Made by a program: the position numbers and the translations under genes
The notes under the pieces: generated by a model
Seen by the model: the letters and a program-made list of their open reading frames with translations, nothing else
Databases searched by the model: none
What the model was told of the DNA's origin: nothing
Shown here: in pieces, positions 50,082 through 64,000 of the stretch
Numbering within the stretch: the first letter of the stretch is position 1
How the letters are laid out: each line of letters opens with the position of its first letter
Assembly: GCA_001938485.1 (NCBI GenBank)
Contig: MQRK01236046.1
Coordinates: forward strand, 15,318-79,317
DNA length: 64,000 nucleotides
Direction: 5' to 3'
Source: Girardia tigrina
Lineage: Eukaryota

Positions 50082-51623
50082 CAGGGATTTATTCCCCTAA
50101 TTCCCCCTGTGTACGTGCCTGATGTTATAAACATTTTGAAACAAATTAAATTGATGAATAGTGACTTGGATTTTTTTGCAACCTAAACTTTCGACTCAAA
50201 GTTAAACTTTATTTATCGAAATTCAATGTATTTGTTAGATTGAATATTCTTTTCCATTTAATACATTAAAAAGACGTAAAAAATAAAAAAGACATTTAAA
50301 TACAACTTTTTACCTAGAGGATTTTTTTCATAAATTTTTGTAAGTATTTGCATTTTTTAAATTCCCATTTTAATTAAAAATTTTGAATAATGCAAATCTT
50401 GATGAATCACTTTATTTTGGAAAATTAAAAAATTAGCAACACTCTCTTACAATATTTTGAAAAATCATAAATCACTTAAAGACAACTCCAAATGTCAAAT
50501 GCAAATAAAATACATAATTATACAAAATTTAATCGTATATTTTTGAATTTGAAATCAGAATCTCTTTTGTAATTTCTTTGCCCGAGATTATGAATTTATA
50601 ATTGGAAAATTAAAATAAATTGCAGAAAAATTGCTCAAAAATTTGTCTATATCAGAAGATTTTAGAATACTGGGTACTAAACAATATCAGTACAAAGTAA
50701 ATTAAAACTAAATGAAGACCCCTTTCCATTAAAGTTGCATGGGCCTCCAGATATCTTGGTTAGGCCCTGTGAGGAATGTTTTGAATTGTTTGTGGTTTTA
50801 TATTGCTGATGTTGTATGTTGATTCGGATCTTGTCTCTCCTACCCAGATGGCTGATTGGTATTTTCTTTGATTCTTACTAATTAAAAATAATTTAATTTA
50901 ATTTTAAAGTTAAAAGATTTAAAATAATTTTCGAATGTAATAATTAATTTTTAATATAATTTAAAATTTTAATATATTAATTTAATTGGTACTTTTTAAA
51001 AAACTGTTAAGATTTAATTTTAACCAAATTATCTTTATGATATTATCTTTATGATTAATAATTATTAAAAAATATTGTTGATTTATTGTAAATTTGGTAT
51101 GAATTTAGAAAATATAATAATCAAGAAAAAATGTCGATTAGTGGAAAGCGGTTTGAATAATCACAATTCTGCTTGTGATGTTAATAAATATTTAAAAAAT
51201 CATATTGATGTAGTTAATAGCGGTTAAGTAACAGAATATTGATAAAAAACTGTTTTAAAAACCGATTGCATTAAATAGTTCAAATTTAAAGACTTCGCGA
51301 AGTTTATTCATTGTTAAAAATTCGAATTTAAATGCACGAAATATATAAATACATTCGTCATATAAATATAAAATAATTTGATAATATATTATTTTCTAAC
51401 GATTATATGATCATTGCGTTTTGATAATGAAATTAATATCAGTATTGTTTGAAGTGTTGTGTAATCGTCCCGATTTTCACTCACAATTAAACACACTATA
51501 AAATTACTCGATTTTCATTGGTCGACCAAATGCACCAATCACATACACAGCGTAGTCGCTTGAAAAGTGTTTGTAGACTTTCAGACTCCAGTTTATTAAT
51601 TGAAAATTTCTAGTGAAAAGTAA

Positions 51624-52044
51624 ATGACATCTAATAATAATCACATTCTTCCACCAACAAATATCTGGAGTCATTTTATATCGGGTAGAATGAACCCGAC
51701 CACTAACATGATGCCCATGGTGCCCCCAAACTGGATGTTTCCATACCTTCCAGTTAACAAACAACAACAATTCGACCCGATACCAAATCAATATTCCATG
51801 GAAACGATACAGATGTTTCGAACGATGTTGAATCGTCGAAACCAACTCCAACAAAGCGCATTAAATCAGAACATTCTGCCGAAAAATCCGTGTTTGCCGC
51901 CGTTATTCGGACTGCAAAAGTCGGTCGATTTTTTCCTGGCGCGGAGTCCGGGATCTAGCAACATTACTTCTCCGATCGATCAGGGATTCGGTTCGGCGGG
52001 AGAATCGGGCTCGAATTTCGATACTGTCGGTGGTCAGAAATCAG
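51624..52044 (+). CDS. First coding exon of an unidentified gene, probably a transcription factor
   Basis: ATG ORF rich in P/Q/N/S, eh1-like KSVDFFL, donor CAG|GTGAGA, CCAAT box ~90 bp upstream. Confidence 0.6.
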
Positions 52045-55000
52045 GTGAGATTATACTCGTGTTTGTTAAATTGGCGTTTGTCTCTTTGCCGTGAGTCAGT
52101 GCCTGATGCACTTGTTAGCGATTGTCGACGATCTCTCAATAATCCCCATTTGACTGGTGTAATATTTGGAAAGTTGTCCTTTTACATTGGACTTACAGCA
52201 CCTTTAAAATTGACTTGAGACTTCGAGACATATTTTATGTCGTGGAATTGTTGAGAGATTATCTTGTATTGTGACTTGATAATGAAGGTTGATTTGGGCT
52301 GCCAAAATATAATTTTTGATTATGATTTTTCTGTTAATTATTTATTTAAATTAATTAGTGTAATTATAAGAGGCAGTTTAATATGTTATAATTATAATAC
52401 ATTTTGTTATTTTCTGCATATTTCATTCATTTCATTTATAAATTTATCAATTTTATTTGATATTTTATAAATTATTTCTTTACATTACTGTTTCGTAAAT
52501 TTCGAAAAAATATTTGGTTATACCTTGAAATACTTTGTAATAATTTTAATACTTTTCTTTTTTTTCCTTTTGGACCTTAGTTGTTGGGCCGTAGGTACAT
52601 CCAATTATGCTTAAGCCTTCTGCACTGCTCTCTTTTGCAGCGCTGTTCTCAAACATTTCATGTACTATTCGCAATACTTTTATAATACTTCTTATAAATA
52701 TGTGGCATTTTATTGAAAACAGATGAGTCTCCCAATAAATTTCAGAAAAAACAATTTTTATAAACATTTTACAAGGGTTTTCATAAATAAAGACTCAGAT
52801 TTGTTTCCCATTTATTGACAAATTCGCAACATTTAGCGACCATTTAGGAGATCTGTCTTTTATTTATCGAAACCACAGTACTTCAGAATTTCGTATTTTT
52901 TATAAGACAAATGGACGTTTTGCAAATATAATCGCTCTTTCTGTTATTAATTTTTTGAAGGTTGTTGTTTTCTTTATGTTTCACATTCATAAGACAATTC
53001 TGGATTATAACATGTACTCGTTTTATGTACATCTTTGTATTATTATAAAACTTTTAATTTTTTAACATTAAAGTAACATTTGATTTAGTTTTCTTATTTT
53101 CGGATTATTAGTTTATTTATATATTATTATTATTTTTTTATTATAATTTTACCCTATTAAAAGAATAGTATTATATTTAAATAATGATATTTTACAATAA
53201 AATAAATTTTAATCTTTTAAAAATCAAATCAAAAAGATTTTTCTCACCAGGCCAGACTCGCGGGACAAAGTAAGGGTTCCTTGGAAAACTTATGTTTATT
53301 TATTTAGAAAAATAATTTTTTAAAAAAAATTAAAAATTATTTTTTTGGTCTTCTCTGTAATTTTACTAATTAATTAGTTTTTTTATTAATGGAAATTTAT
53401 CTTTAAATTTGTAAAAATACATTAATTACAATCTGAATGTGATCTTTTGAATGATCCTTTGAATGTGACCATTAAGGGTTGCTCCATTAGAATGTATATA
53501 TGTAATACAATACTTTTTATATTAAAAACAAAAAATGAGTTTATAAATTCCAATGTCATCGTAAGTTAATATGCAAAATAAAGCAAGTTTATCCCAAATG
53601 GGATTTATTAAACACAGTAAACTCACGCTGACATCTTTTGAGAACAGTAAGTTCGTGTTTTTGACCTAAATTTTACTGAAAGCTAATTGAAGAAAATTAT
53701 TGTACTCGATCACTATCCCTATAATAATTGATCTATAAAGTGATAATATAAATACTAATAATATCAATTTAATTATTTCAGTATTGATGGTATTTAATGA
53801 CGGATCAGATCCTATTCGTTTTATAAAAATAATTTTCTTCAATTAGCTCCAAAAAATATAACTATAATATATAAATATAATTATATTTGTTTCAGTTAGT
53901 TAATTTGTCTTGAATAAATAAATATTATGGTGGAATTATTAACTTATATGACCTTCCGATTGCTGGGTATCAAGTGCCGGCAATCGAGAGAATACTAAAT
54001 AAACATATAAATTAATAATTCAAATAATGAATTATAAAATTTATCAACGTTTTGATCAATGGTGACAAAATGTCTGTATATACAAGTATGACTTTCGAGT
54101 GGTTGTCGTGCAAAATTAAAGTTTACTTTGAACATATGAATGGACTTTCTTCAAAATTGCTATTGAAATGAGCACAATGAGTTGTAGAGAGAATTTGTGA
54201 AATCAATTGAAACGAAGTCGGCTTAATGTCAGTATAAAATAACCACTACGATTTGGATGAGTGAAGATATACCGGTCTTCTTTTAGCTAGCGCAAGTGGT
54301 GCGACACCGCCAGCTAGCCAGCATCATGTGTTTATTATCAACTGAGGCTGGACTATTAAGAATTAATATTTCTTTTAAGGTGACACTGTCATCTGCAAGT
54401 TGTGCGCCAGGTGTCAAAGGCTTACTAATTTTTTTTCAACGAGACGTAAGTTGTCTGTTACCAGTCTCAATCGACTATCGTGCGATTTTATCGCTTTGTT
54501 TCTACACTTCACAGTTCAATTAACCTTTGAAATTTATCAAAAAATACATTCCGTCATACAATTTATAGACAGAAATGATTATTTAATGTCTTCAATGTGT
54601 TAATTTCTGTTTACAAGTTTATTTTTATTGGTTTTAATTGAGAACGAATAAAGAAAACTTATTTATAAATACGTAAAAATAACCAATTTAAATACATTTT
54701 TTAGATAAATAAAAAATTAAAGCTGTCATTAGGTCTCAAAATAAGGGTAATCTTTTCTCTGGTCCCAATAATACTTAAGGATGAAACATGAAATATGGTA
54801 CACTTTTTTCCACAATAGTTAGTGTTAAAATATTTAAATTAAAATTTAAAACCACTTCTTCAATATTAATAATTCAAATTTTCATAAAATGATAAATAAT
54901 CATACGGTTTAACATTATTAGAACTTCAGTTAATACTTGTGCGATTCGATAAGGTATAAAAACCGGTTTCTAATAAAAGACATTTGGGTACTTTTCAGCT

Positions 55001-56455
55001 GGCCGTGCTTTTGGTGAAAGAACGCTCTTCTTTTGATCCAATGGCCAGAAAGGTCAAATATATATGTTGAAAACCCTTGGATACAATTTTCGAGGCAAAT
55101 CCGGAGAATATGGCTGTGAGGGTTAATTTTGTCATAAAATCTTCTTTAAAATCGTTCATTTTTGCATTAATTATCAAAATTTACATATGGAAGTCTACTT
55201 GTGTATTTGTATGAGTATAAAGCAACCTGTATTAAAAATATTGCATATTAAATAATATTTCTTACGTTCTTTTAATTTTTGGATTTCATTTTTATAAACT
55301 TTCGAAGTACAGTGAAACTTAACGATCTCTCCAAAAGGCAATCATTAAAGCATGATACACGCCATACAACCTCCTCAATATTGCGATCACTTTCTATTGA
55401 TCTCAAAGGTGGTCGGAATAGCGAAGTTCTACTGTAGTCATGATAAAGTTTAAAAATGAAAAATATTATAAAAAATAAAATGTAAAACAAATACCACACT
55501 ATTACTCTAAGTAAAAACATTCAGCTATTCTACTTAGTGTACACATAATAAATAGAGTATAAAATAGATCATTAATACATTATTATCAACTCGTAATATA
55601 AAATAGTTTGATCCGATCACCTTTAACAAATTTATACTTGAAATTACTATACATTAAAACAAATCAATTTATATTAAATAAAAATTTTAAAAAATAATCT
55701 GTGGAAATAATTAAATGAAATATAAATGTTTTATTTATATTAAAAAATATAGTAAGTTAACATAAAAATTGTTCATAATTTCTCATTTGGAAACTTTCTC
55801 CATAGGTACAAATTACGGAGACTAAAAATAAACAAACTATCTCGGAGAACAAAATGTCTCCATTCTTTTAGAAATAAGAAAGATAGGGGAAACAATCTTT
55901 ACAATGTTAGCATTAAAATAACAGGCTTTTTACGGTACATCCCACACTTACTTAAATATTTTGTTTGTGGTCAAGCATTGTTTTGTATCCCCTTTCTCCA
56001 CATTGTATTCTATCTTCCTCTGATTTTGTTCTCGGATCTTGCAAATGTTTATTGAGGGTACTCAATAATCACGAATTTCTGTTTGATATATCCAGATTGT
56101 ACGGGAGAAAGTTTAGAAGCAAAAACCCAGTTTTTGTAATTGCTGACTGTTTTCAAAGTACACAAAAAGGTTATTGTGCATAAAATAGAGGTCTAATGGT
56201 ACCGCCTGCATCGGAGATCCCTTATTTCATACATCACTATAGGGAAGGATGGAACTAATTTCCTAAGGTAGTGGGGCTACAAGCCATGATGTATTTCTCT
56301 CGTATTTCTCTATATGTATCTTCGAAAATACTGATTGTTCAGTAGCTTTATTCAGGAGACTAAAATCAAAACACGCCCAAATGTAATTATTTTCCTTTTC
56401 ACTCGATACAAGCCGTTGCAGTTTTCCTTAGATAGTTACTGTAGTGCTGGAAGAG

Positions 56456-56458
<3 letters not shown>

Positions 56459-56535
<77 letters not shown>
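56459..56535. repeat. (TA)n microsatellite
   Basis: Direct inspection. Confidence 0.98.
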
Positions 56536-56538
<3 letters not shown>

Positions 56539-57148
56539 CAATTAAAATAATAATCAATATTTATACTTATCCGTTTTCAGGACTTGCTAGAGGGTCTTTC
56601 AATAAGCGACCACTCTAGTGATTTGAAAAACAGATAATATTATAATGAAAGAAAAGTTAAAATAATAATTAGCAAAATATAATAAAAATCAGTTCTAAAA
56701 ATTTCTAAATTAATATAATCAACTTGTTAGCACACATTTGCGCTTCATTGTCGCGTATTTCTACCACACAGTTACCGGATATTCAAGCACTGGATTCAGA
56801 AACATTATTCTCTCTCAATAGTCAAGAACTATCAATCCATACGAAAACAATTAAGATGTACTACTGAAAATTCTATTCACCAATTTGACTACTTTACTTA
56901 TCATTATTTCTAAGGTATATACGAAAACGATCCAAAGCGATTACGAAAATTCTCACTCATAAATTCGATTATTTTATTCCATCAAGATTTCAAAGATTGA
57001 TCTCGTTCGAGAATAAATAATTAGCCTAAATAAAAAATATTTTGTTAACACCGTTAGTCTCCTAACTTTCCGAATTCTTTAATTTTTCTTTAAGTCTTAT
57101 CAGTTTATCAATATTACGTTCTAAACATATAAGTTTAAATCCAGGTAT

Positions 57149-58012
57149 AATAAGCCTACCCCGACTGTTACGGATAACTGTGTATTACAAATAATACTCA
57201 GAATGAAGCACAATCATAGATTCTGTATACAGAGGGTAGAAACCATTTGACAAATACAAAGTTTTCTGATCCTCTCACACGGCTTAAGATGCAAGAGCGC
57301 GAGCTTTCAATGCACTGGCACGCTTCGGCTTCTATCTTAGAAAAGACCAGTTGTGTTCCTTCGTTCCATGATTCTGGAGACCTTTGGCTGTATAAACGCA
57401 CTGAACGCAATTGGGAAATGGGCAATGAAACATTCTCTTATCCGTTATATTATCTAGCCGAAACATCAGTACAACACTAGGGATTACTCTTGGACAGTCC
57501 TCATTAGTTACACAGACAGACACTGGCATATCATGTTCCGCATTCAAGTTCAAAGGTGCAGTATGTCTTTCTGTTTCTTCTCTTTCTACTACTTGGATGT
57601 TCGTAGTACCATTACCTTGGATTCGATGATCAATTAATAAATGCCGTTGAAGCAATCCATTAGATTTATAACTTTTGTGGCAGTTCTTCATGGGACATAT
57701 GAATGAACAACCACCTCTCTGTGCCGTCTGCGCCGTCGCCAGATGCATATTCGTAATATGTCTTGTGAGTTCATTCTGCTCAGCAAATTCTTTAAAGCAA
57801 GAACGGAATGTGCAAGCTAATGTTTTGATGTGCGGCATAAGCATTTTCGGATACTCTTTCTCGAGCTCGACTACCTCTTTCAGTCGCTCAGATATGGTTC
57901 TTTTGATCAGGTGTTTAAATTCCTCATCGTTGTCGAGATGCTCTCTTTCGTTTAGACTTTCCCTGTATTCTGCCAAATCTACCGGATCGCTTAATGAAAG
58001 AGTGCTTTAAAA
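57149..58012 (-). mobile_element. Dispersed repeat encoding three C2H2 zinc fingers (ORF 57332-57976), flanked by a 15-bp direct repeat
   Basis: CTFRSC...H....H, CPMKNC...H....H, CPFPNC...H....H. TTTAAATCCAGGTAT at 57134-57148 and 58013-58027. Confidence 0.75.
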
Positions 58013-58619
58013 TTTAAATCCAGGTATGATATTCTTAGGTCCACCTTTTTGAAATATTGTGTATTTAATGACACTTGTATATCCGATATCCAATTGATGT
58101 GCCATAAAACATTTAATATTTATACAGATTTTGAATCAATTTTTAAAAGTTTTACAACCTTAATAAATCTTTTCACTTCAGTGATTTTTTACCAAATTTT
58201 CATTAGTGTTACTATCTGCTTTGCAATAACTTAAATTTTCCCTTAATATTAATTTAATTTATCGAAAAATTCGATCACACAATAATTTCAACAAAACAGT
58301 TTAAGATCTTCACTATGACAGTCAATTTGAACTTCAAGAACAACGTACCTTTAATATTTAACAAACTATCATTCGTACAACGTGTTTTTATCTTCTGCTG
58401 TACTTTCATTCACATTTTCAACCCATCAATTAAACTTCTATTACACTTAGGCAACCTCCAGTATCTGAAAGACATTGTGCAAAAATTATATTTAATCTAA
58501 TTTGAATATTTGGTATACCATTATTAACAGTGTATATGATGTTTACCTATTCATATGGAAATAGGACATTGTTAACAACATTAAGTAACAAAACATTCGT
58601 TATTGAACATTATTGAACC

Positions 58620-59035
58620 GATCTCATGTGGTGATACCTGGTGGAAAGAGATCTTCGTCCCAGGCCAATCCCTCTGAGCCACCGGTGGCCAATTAGTAGG
58701 AATCCACCCTGTTAATGGTTGGCTACGTCACTTCATTCTCCTACAGGAAAAGGCTCAGTGAAGGAAAATGGGATGAGAAAATAGATGTCAAGTTATTCGA
58801 GAAAATCAAATTTGTTTTGAAAAACGTTAAGGATGAAGATCCTTGTAGAGGGATATGGAGTATTGATGATTGTAAAGACAGCATCATATGGTGTGATGCC
58901 AGTTCGATAGCCATTGGGGCAGCATTGGAAGTTAAAGGAAATATTATAGAAGACGCATCGTGCTTAAAACTGACGATTCTAGGCACATAAACGTAGCAGA
59001 ACTAGAAGCAGTTGTAAAGGGTCTAAATGTAACAT
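58620..59035 (+). mobile_element. Gypsy RT-connection/RNase H fragment related to the 38.8-44.0 kb element
   Basis: DPCRGIW...WCDASSIAIGAALEV...IIEDAS...HINVAELEAVVKGLN. Confidence 0.85.
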
Positions 59036-62000
59036 GACATTCTAAAAACATTAAAATTTTTGCATATTAAAACATCCTTAAAATTTTTATACAATGATTT
59101 TTAAATTGATATTGTTGTCAAATTTTATTTTGAATCCCAAGTTATGAGGATTGACGATATGGAGGACATAAAAATGCTAAATAAATTAATCAAGAAATGT
59201 AAAAATCGGATATCGACTTCCGCGGGGTAGTATTAAGTAAATTAAGTTAAAATTTAAATTAAAATAAAATTTGATGATTAATTAGTGGGCACCACGCACG
59301 GATCGAAAACAAGATAACCAATTTTAAATATATGGGTTAATGAACTTCTCAAACAGATAGAGCCTGATCTTTGGAATAATTTTATGCTTCTTCTCTTCTT
59401 GATCCATAAGTCTCGTATCTACATATATCAAAGTCACATTAAAAATCTTATTTGTCTCAAATTGTTAGATTCAAAATTATTATATTCTCTTTGCTGTATC
59501 TTGAATTAAATTTCCTTGTTTTTTGCTCTAAAAACAGCAGATATTTTACTATAAAAGTTCGTTCTGATAGAGCCTTGATCTTTGCAATCATCATATAGAG
59601 GTTTTCGATTTCGATGACAATTTCTTTGGGGATGTCGTTTTTTGGAACCAAAACATTTAGTTTCTTTTAGTTACATTTAGTTTGGAACCTTTGAATTCAC
59701 CTAATTTTTATCTAATTTTTTTCTCAGTGTTTTGTATGAATATTTGAAAGTTACTTTTCTTCCCCATCCTTAGTAAATATTTTGCTCCTATTGATTACCA
59801 CCACTTAGTTGTCTTAAAGAAGATATTTCATTTTCTTAATAACACTTTTGATATCTTCAATTATTTCCTGGGTATCATGTTTCACACGAAATGGACCATG
59901 AAATAAGAAATGGATTTTTCTTCATTCCATTTACGAAACAGCGGTTTGTTCACCTTTGTATCGATATTCTGAAAAAACAGTGCTTATGGATGACTTCATT
60001 TCTCATAGTTATACACATTAATAAAAACCTGAATCAGTGACAACGGTTTTAGCAAATCCGTTTTTAGAGTCATATATATAAATCCATTGATATAAACTGA
60101 CAAATAATCCTTTTAAAACTTTTTAAAATTCATAAATATTGGATATTTCGAAAAATCTCATATCTTATAAAATATTCATTGATATCTTTTTGTCCATTGA
60201 ATGTTTTCAGAATCATATGACAAAGGATTTTTGTGTCGGTTACCATGTTAGAAGACAAAGGTAGTACTAAAAAGTACTTTATTTAAAGATATAAAAGGAG
60301 AGTTAAAGGTTGGCCCTGTTCTGGACTCTATAATTATTATCTTATACAAATTTATAAATTTGTTTATTTCAGAACATTTTGTATAATTAAAATTTCAAAT
60401 AATTATTTGCCTTTGTAATATCTTACATTACCTTAGGAAACCACTTTGTATTCTTTCATTTGGGTGGAATTTGTATGTAAATACATTTTAAAATTGTAAC
60501 TGGACTTTTAAAAGTATAATTATACAAATGAGAGGGGCTTAAAAGATTTTATTCAGAAAAAAAGTAATTATATATAATAAATCCATATAAATATATGTTA
60601 AATATATGAAGTAAATGAGGTTCGCGTAAACAGTTTTACCAATATCGATTGTTTTTAAATTTTTTGAATAATATTTGGTTGACCAGAAAGACCTTTATTT
60701 TACTAATAATGATACAACTATTTAATTTATAAAATTTAATTAATTATTTTCTAAGATCTTTCTGAATTTGCCATACAAAAAATTTTCTGAATTTGCCCTC
60801 TTCCAAGAACTAGTCATATCGGAAATTTGACCACATCGATGCTTAAAACAGTTTTCTTCATGAGAGCTCTTAATTGGTACAAATCGTTCTATTTGGTAAA
60901 ATCAAGGATATATATGCGATTGAGGTAAACTATTTTAATTCAATTCCATGATTGTTTGAAGAATAATGTTCGCAACAAACAGCTTGTCGATATTGAAAAA
61001 TTTGGTAACATTTCCCCACTCCATACTGGCACAGTACCTCTTTAGGAAGGGTCTGTTGATTAGAATAGACATCTTCAATAACCGTTTCATCATGAGATAA
61101 CATATTGAACTATACTCATCCTTTAATTTATCCATTCATACAGATCATGAACCTATTTTTGTGTTGTTGAAAGTTTGGAATCACTATTATTGGGTTGATA
61201 AGAAAGTTCTAGCATGTTTTGATTAATCGTAAAACTTAAAACAAGTGAGACAAAAGGACAACATTTACTATAAACAGGTCAGACATTGATGAGAAATTGT
61301 AATGAGAAATACATTTGTGAAATTCAGCAGGCTTTGATTCAAAGTAAGATTTCAGCCAGATTTCAAACTCGATATTATTGCTGATCAATGAGGTAGATAT
61401 AGAATTGCTTAACGATTGGAACAGTCTGATGGAGAAAGGTCCGGCAGAAAATTATCTCCTAGGCCAGGTTAAGCAGTATTTGACGCGTTATCTGAGGCAC
61501 GTGTGACAGACCGTTGTCATGCAAGAATCTAATCCGACATTTGTTCCATTATCTTGGTGGATATTTCTTCAATTACGCAAAGTAGAGCTGACAAGTGTTG
61601 CTTGTATTTTATGGACAAAGTTCTTAGAGCAGTGCACCCTTGCTGTCCCACCAAATGGACAACATGATTTTACGCAGATGTAGACCAGGCTTCAGTTGAT
61701 GCGCAGAATTTTCGAATAGACTCAGCCAAAAAAATGGCGTTTAATATTGTCTTACTGAACTCACATCTCATCACCAATGACAATACACCATTCAGCCGAT
61801 GGATGGAATGAGAAAAAAAATGTCTGCCATTATTCAGAATTCGCGATCAAAATCACGAAGATTATGCTGAACCAATTAGTCAAGCTTGGACTCCTTTCCA
61901 ATAGTGCGTAAGTGGGCGATCATCGTCGGCTGAGTCCCATTTATCATGGTGTCAATTTTACAAGATGTCAAGTGTGGTTTATCTTGACGCAAGCCATCGT

Positions 62001-64000
62001 CATCAAAATTCAACAGTCGACCTAATTGATATCGGTCTTTGAAACCAATGTTGGGTATCTAGTGAGGATAGTTGTTTCAACTCATTCGGTGATCACCACA
62101 ATCTTCAATATTTATTTTTTTGATAAGATCTAGAGATTTTAACAAAGTTGTGAATCTATGAGCTTGGAAACATCTTAATCTTTTGATGAAGTTTTAATAT
62201 TATCCCTTAGAATTAAACATTATTGATTCTTACAGCGCTTTACTGTTTACTATTTTCGAACGATCGATTTGTGCTTTGCCCTGCAAGTTTATATTTGAAC
62301 CGGTGAAAAACGATTCAGACAGTTCCTCTCTCTAAAGCATATTCTTACGCCTTTCCTTATGCCATGGGACATGGATGAACCAATAACGCATTTTTGTCAA
62401 TCAACTTTTAAAATATTTTACATACCTAAACTTCTTAATTAGAAAAAAATAAGTTATTTATAAATTCGTATTAAACCATTTTTTACAATCATACTAATTG
62501 CGTACATAAAAATATAATTTACTATTTTAACTGTTAATTAATTAAAATAATGTTAGCTTAGGCACTCGTAAGATTTTTTACAGGGAGAGGCAACATAAAA
62601 ATATTTTAATTTTCTTTTATCTGTGTTTGGAAATGATGTACTAATTTTGTATTAGTGCTTTTATGCAGTATTTATACACCAAAATATTTTTCTATTTTGC
62701 AAATGTGACTCACGCAATTCTGATATTGACAGTGTTTATCATAAGCGTTTGTAGTCGGATGTAGTTTCTTATCAATAATTCACGTGATTGTGAATGCTCA
62801 CAAATGAGATGATGATTTGTCTCTCCAATGTAGGTTTCCCATCTCTTTCAATTGTATTGATACTTTAGGCTCTTTCCAGAGTCCTCAAAAACTAAATAAT
62901 ATTCCTCGATTGGCCTGGTAGGGGTCGGATCTCTTTGAATGGTAATTGATTGATTTTGAATGGTAATGCAAGCCTTTGGTTGTATTTGTGGTCTTTATAC
63001 AGCCACAAAAGGGACATCTGAACTCTCCCCTCGGAAATAAGTCTGTGATCCTAAAAGACAGATATCTTTTTAGGCATTGATTTCATGATAATAATTTAAA
63101 TTTTCAAATAACATATGTCATTCATGAAATGATTTCAGCAATAATTTTCGAATATCAGAAATAATTTCTTAATTTAACACATTTCTATAAATTCTGTTGA
63201 AATTTGATGCAATTTGTCCGACATTTTTACATCTTTTATTAGATTGTTACACTTAAATTTGATTTTATTCATACACATAATTAATTTTTCCTTTGTAAAA
63301 TCCGCTTAATTTTAGCATATTTATTTTTTGGATTGTTTTGAATATTTTATGAAGGATCAAATTGATATAATTGCGTTGAGAATGAAGGTTTTCGTCTATG
63401 AGATTTATTGATGTTTTGTTGTCAATTGTAATGATTGTCAAATGTCCTCGTTACTTTGTAAAGTACGGAAAGATAGAAAATATATCGATTAATTAGTAAA
63501 ATGAGATTTTTTGAAATCAAATAAATTATTGTGTAATATATTTTCGGTGAATTGTATAGAAATTTCTCTACACTTCTTTATGTCTAGGCAATCGTGATTT
63601 ATTTGTAAATTACATTATCTGTTTACTCTCCTCCATGGCTTTTCAAATAAAGAATACAAGTACATCGGATATATTTTTCATACAACTTATGACTTTAACA
63701 TAAAGTCCCGTTTTTATAAGAAAAGTTTGATTATGTTTCATAATTCAAACCTCATTACATCAACCTCAAAATACAAAACGATATTTTATTCATTGCAGAG
63801 CTCTTAAAATTAACAAAAAACAACATTTTATAGAATCAAAATAAAAAATATAAATTATTAAAATTTCATGAATTTTCTGTGGTTTTTTAGTGGTTTCAAT
63901 ATTTTAAGGTATATATATATATATATATAATACTGAATTTTGTGATCGCTAATTTAATATTTTTGAAAAATAATTTTGTTAAGCTTTTTTAAGAAATCGA

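Noticed and set aside
59100-63100. Scattered degenerate TE-like fragments (GPF motif near 59890; possible Tc1/hAT debris)
   Set aside because: Too decayed to assign a family or boundaries by eye.

Overview
AT-rich eukaryotic (invertebrate, possibly flatworm; this is an inference) genomic window from a gapped draft assembly, dominated by transposons. The one clearly complete host gene is a spliced glycogen debranching enzyme (AGL, + strand, 16350-25598, at least 7 exons). There is also an orphan SNX3/12-like first exon (44.8 kb) and the first exon of a probable transcription factor (51.6 kb). The first ~13.6 kb hold pieces of a giant Ty3/Gypsy-like family: an integrase running into a signal/TM + FN3-like glycoprotein + TM tail, a spliced DEDDh exonuclease cargo gene, and two 4-5 kb LTR-like units that start with a covarying structured-RNA leader. 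The rest contains Penelope-like remnants with minimal hammerhead ribozymes (one as a 128-bp perfect palindrome), a young hAT element with an 8-bp TSD, two mariners, a full-length short-LTR Gypsy with a gag-pol frameshift pseudoknot, and MULE/Tc1/MITE debris. Two paralogous unexplained GC-rich structured islands (32.9 and 48.2 kb) share conserved flanking motifs.
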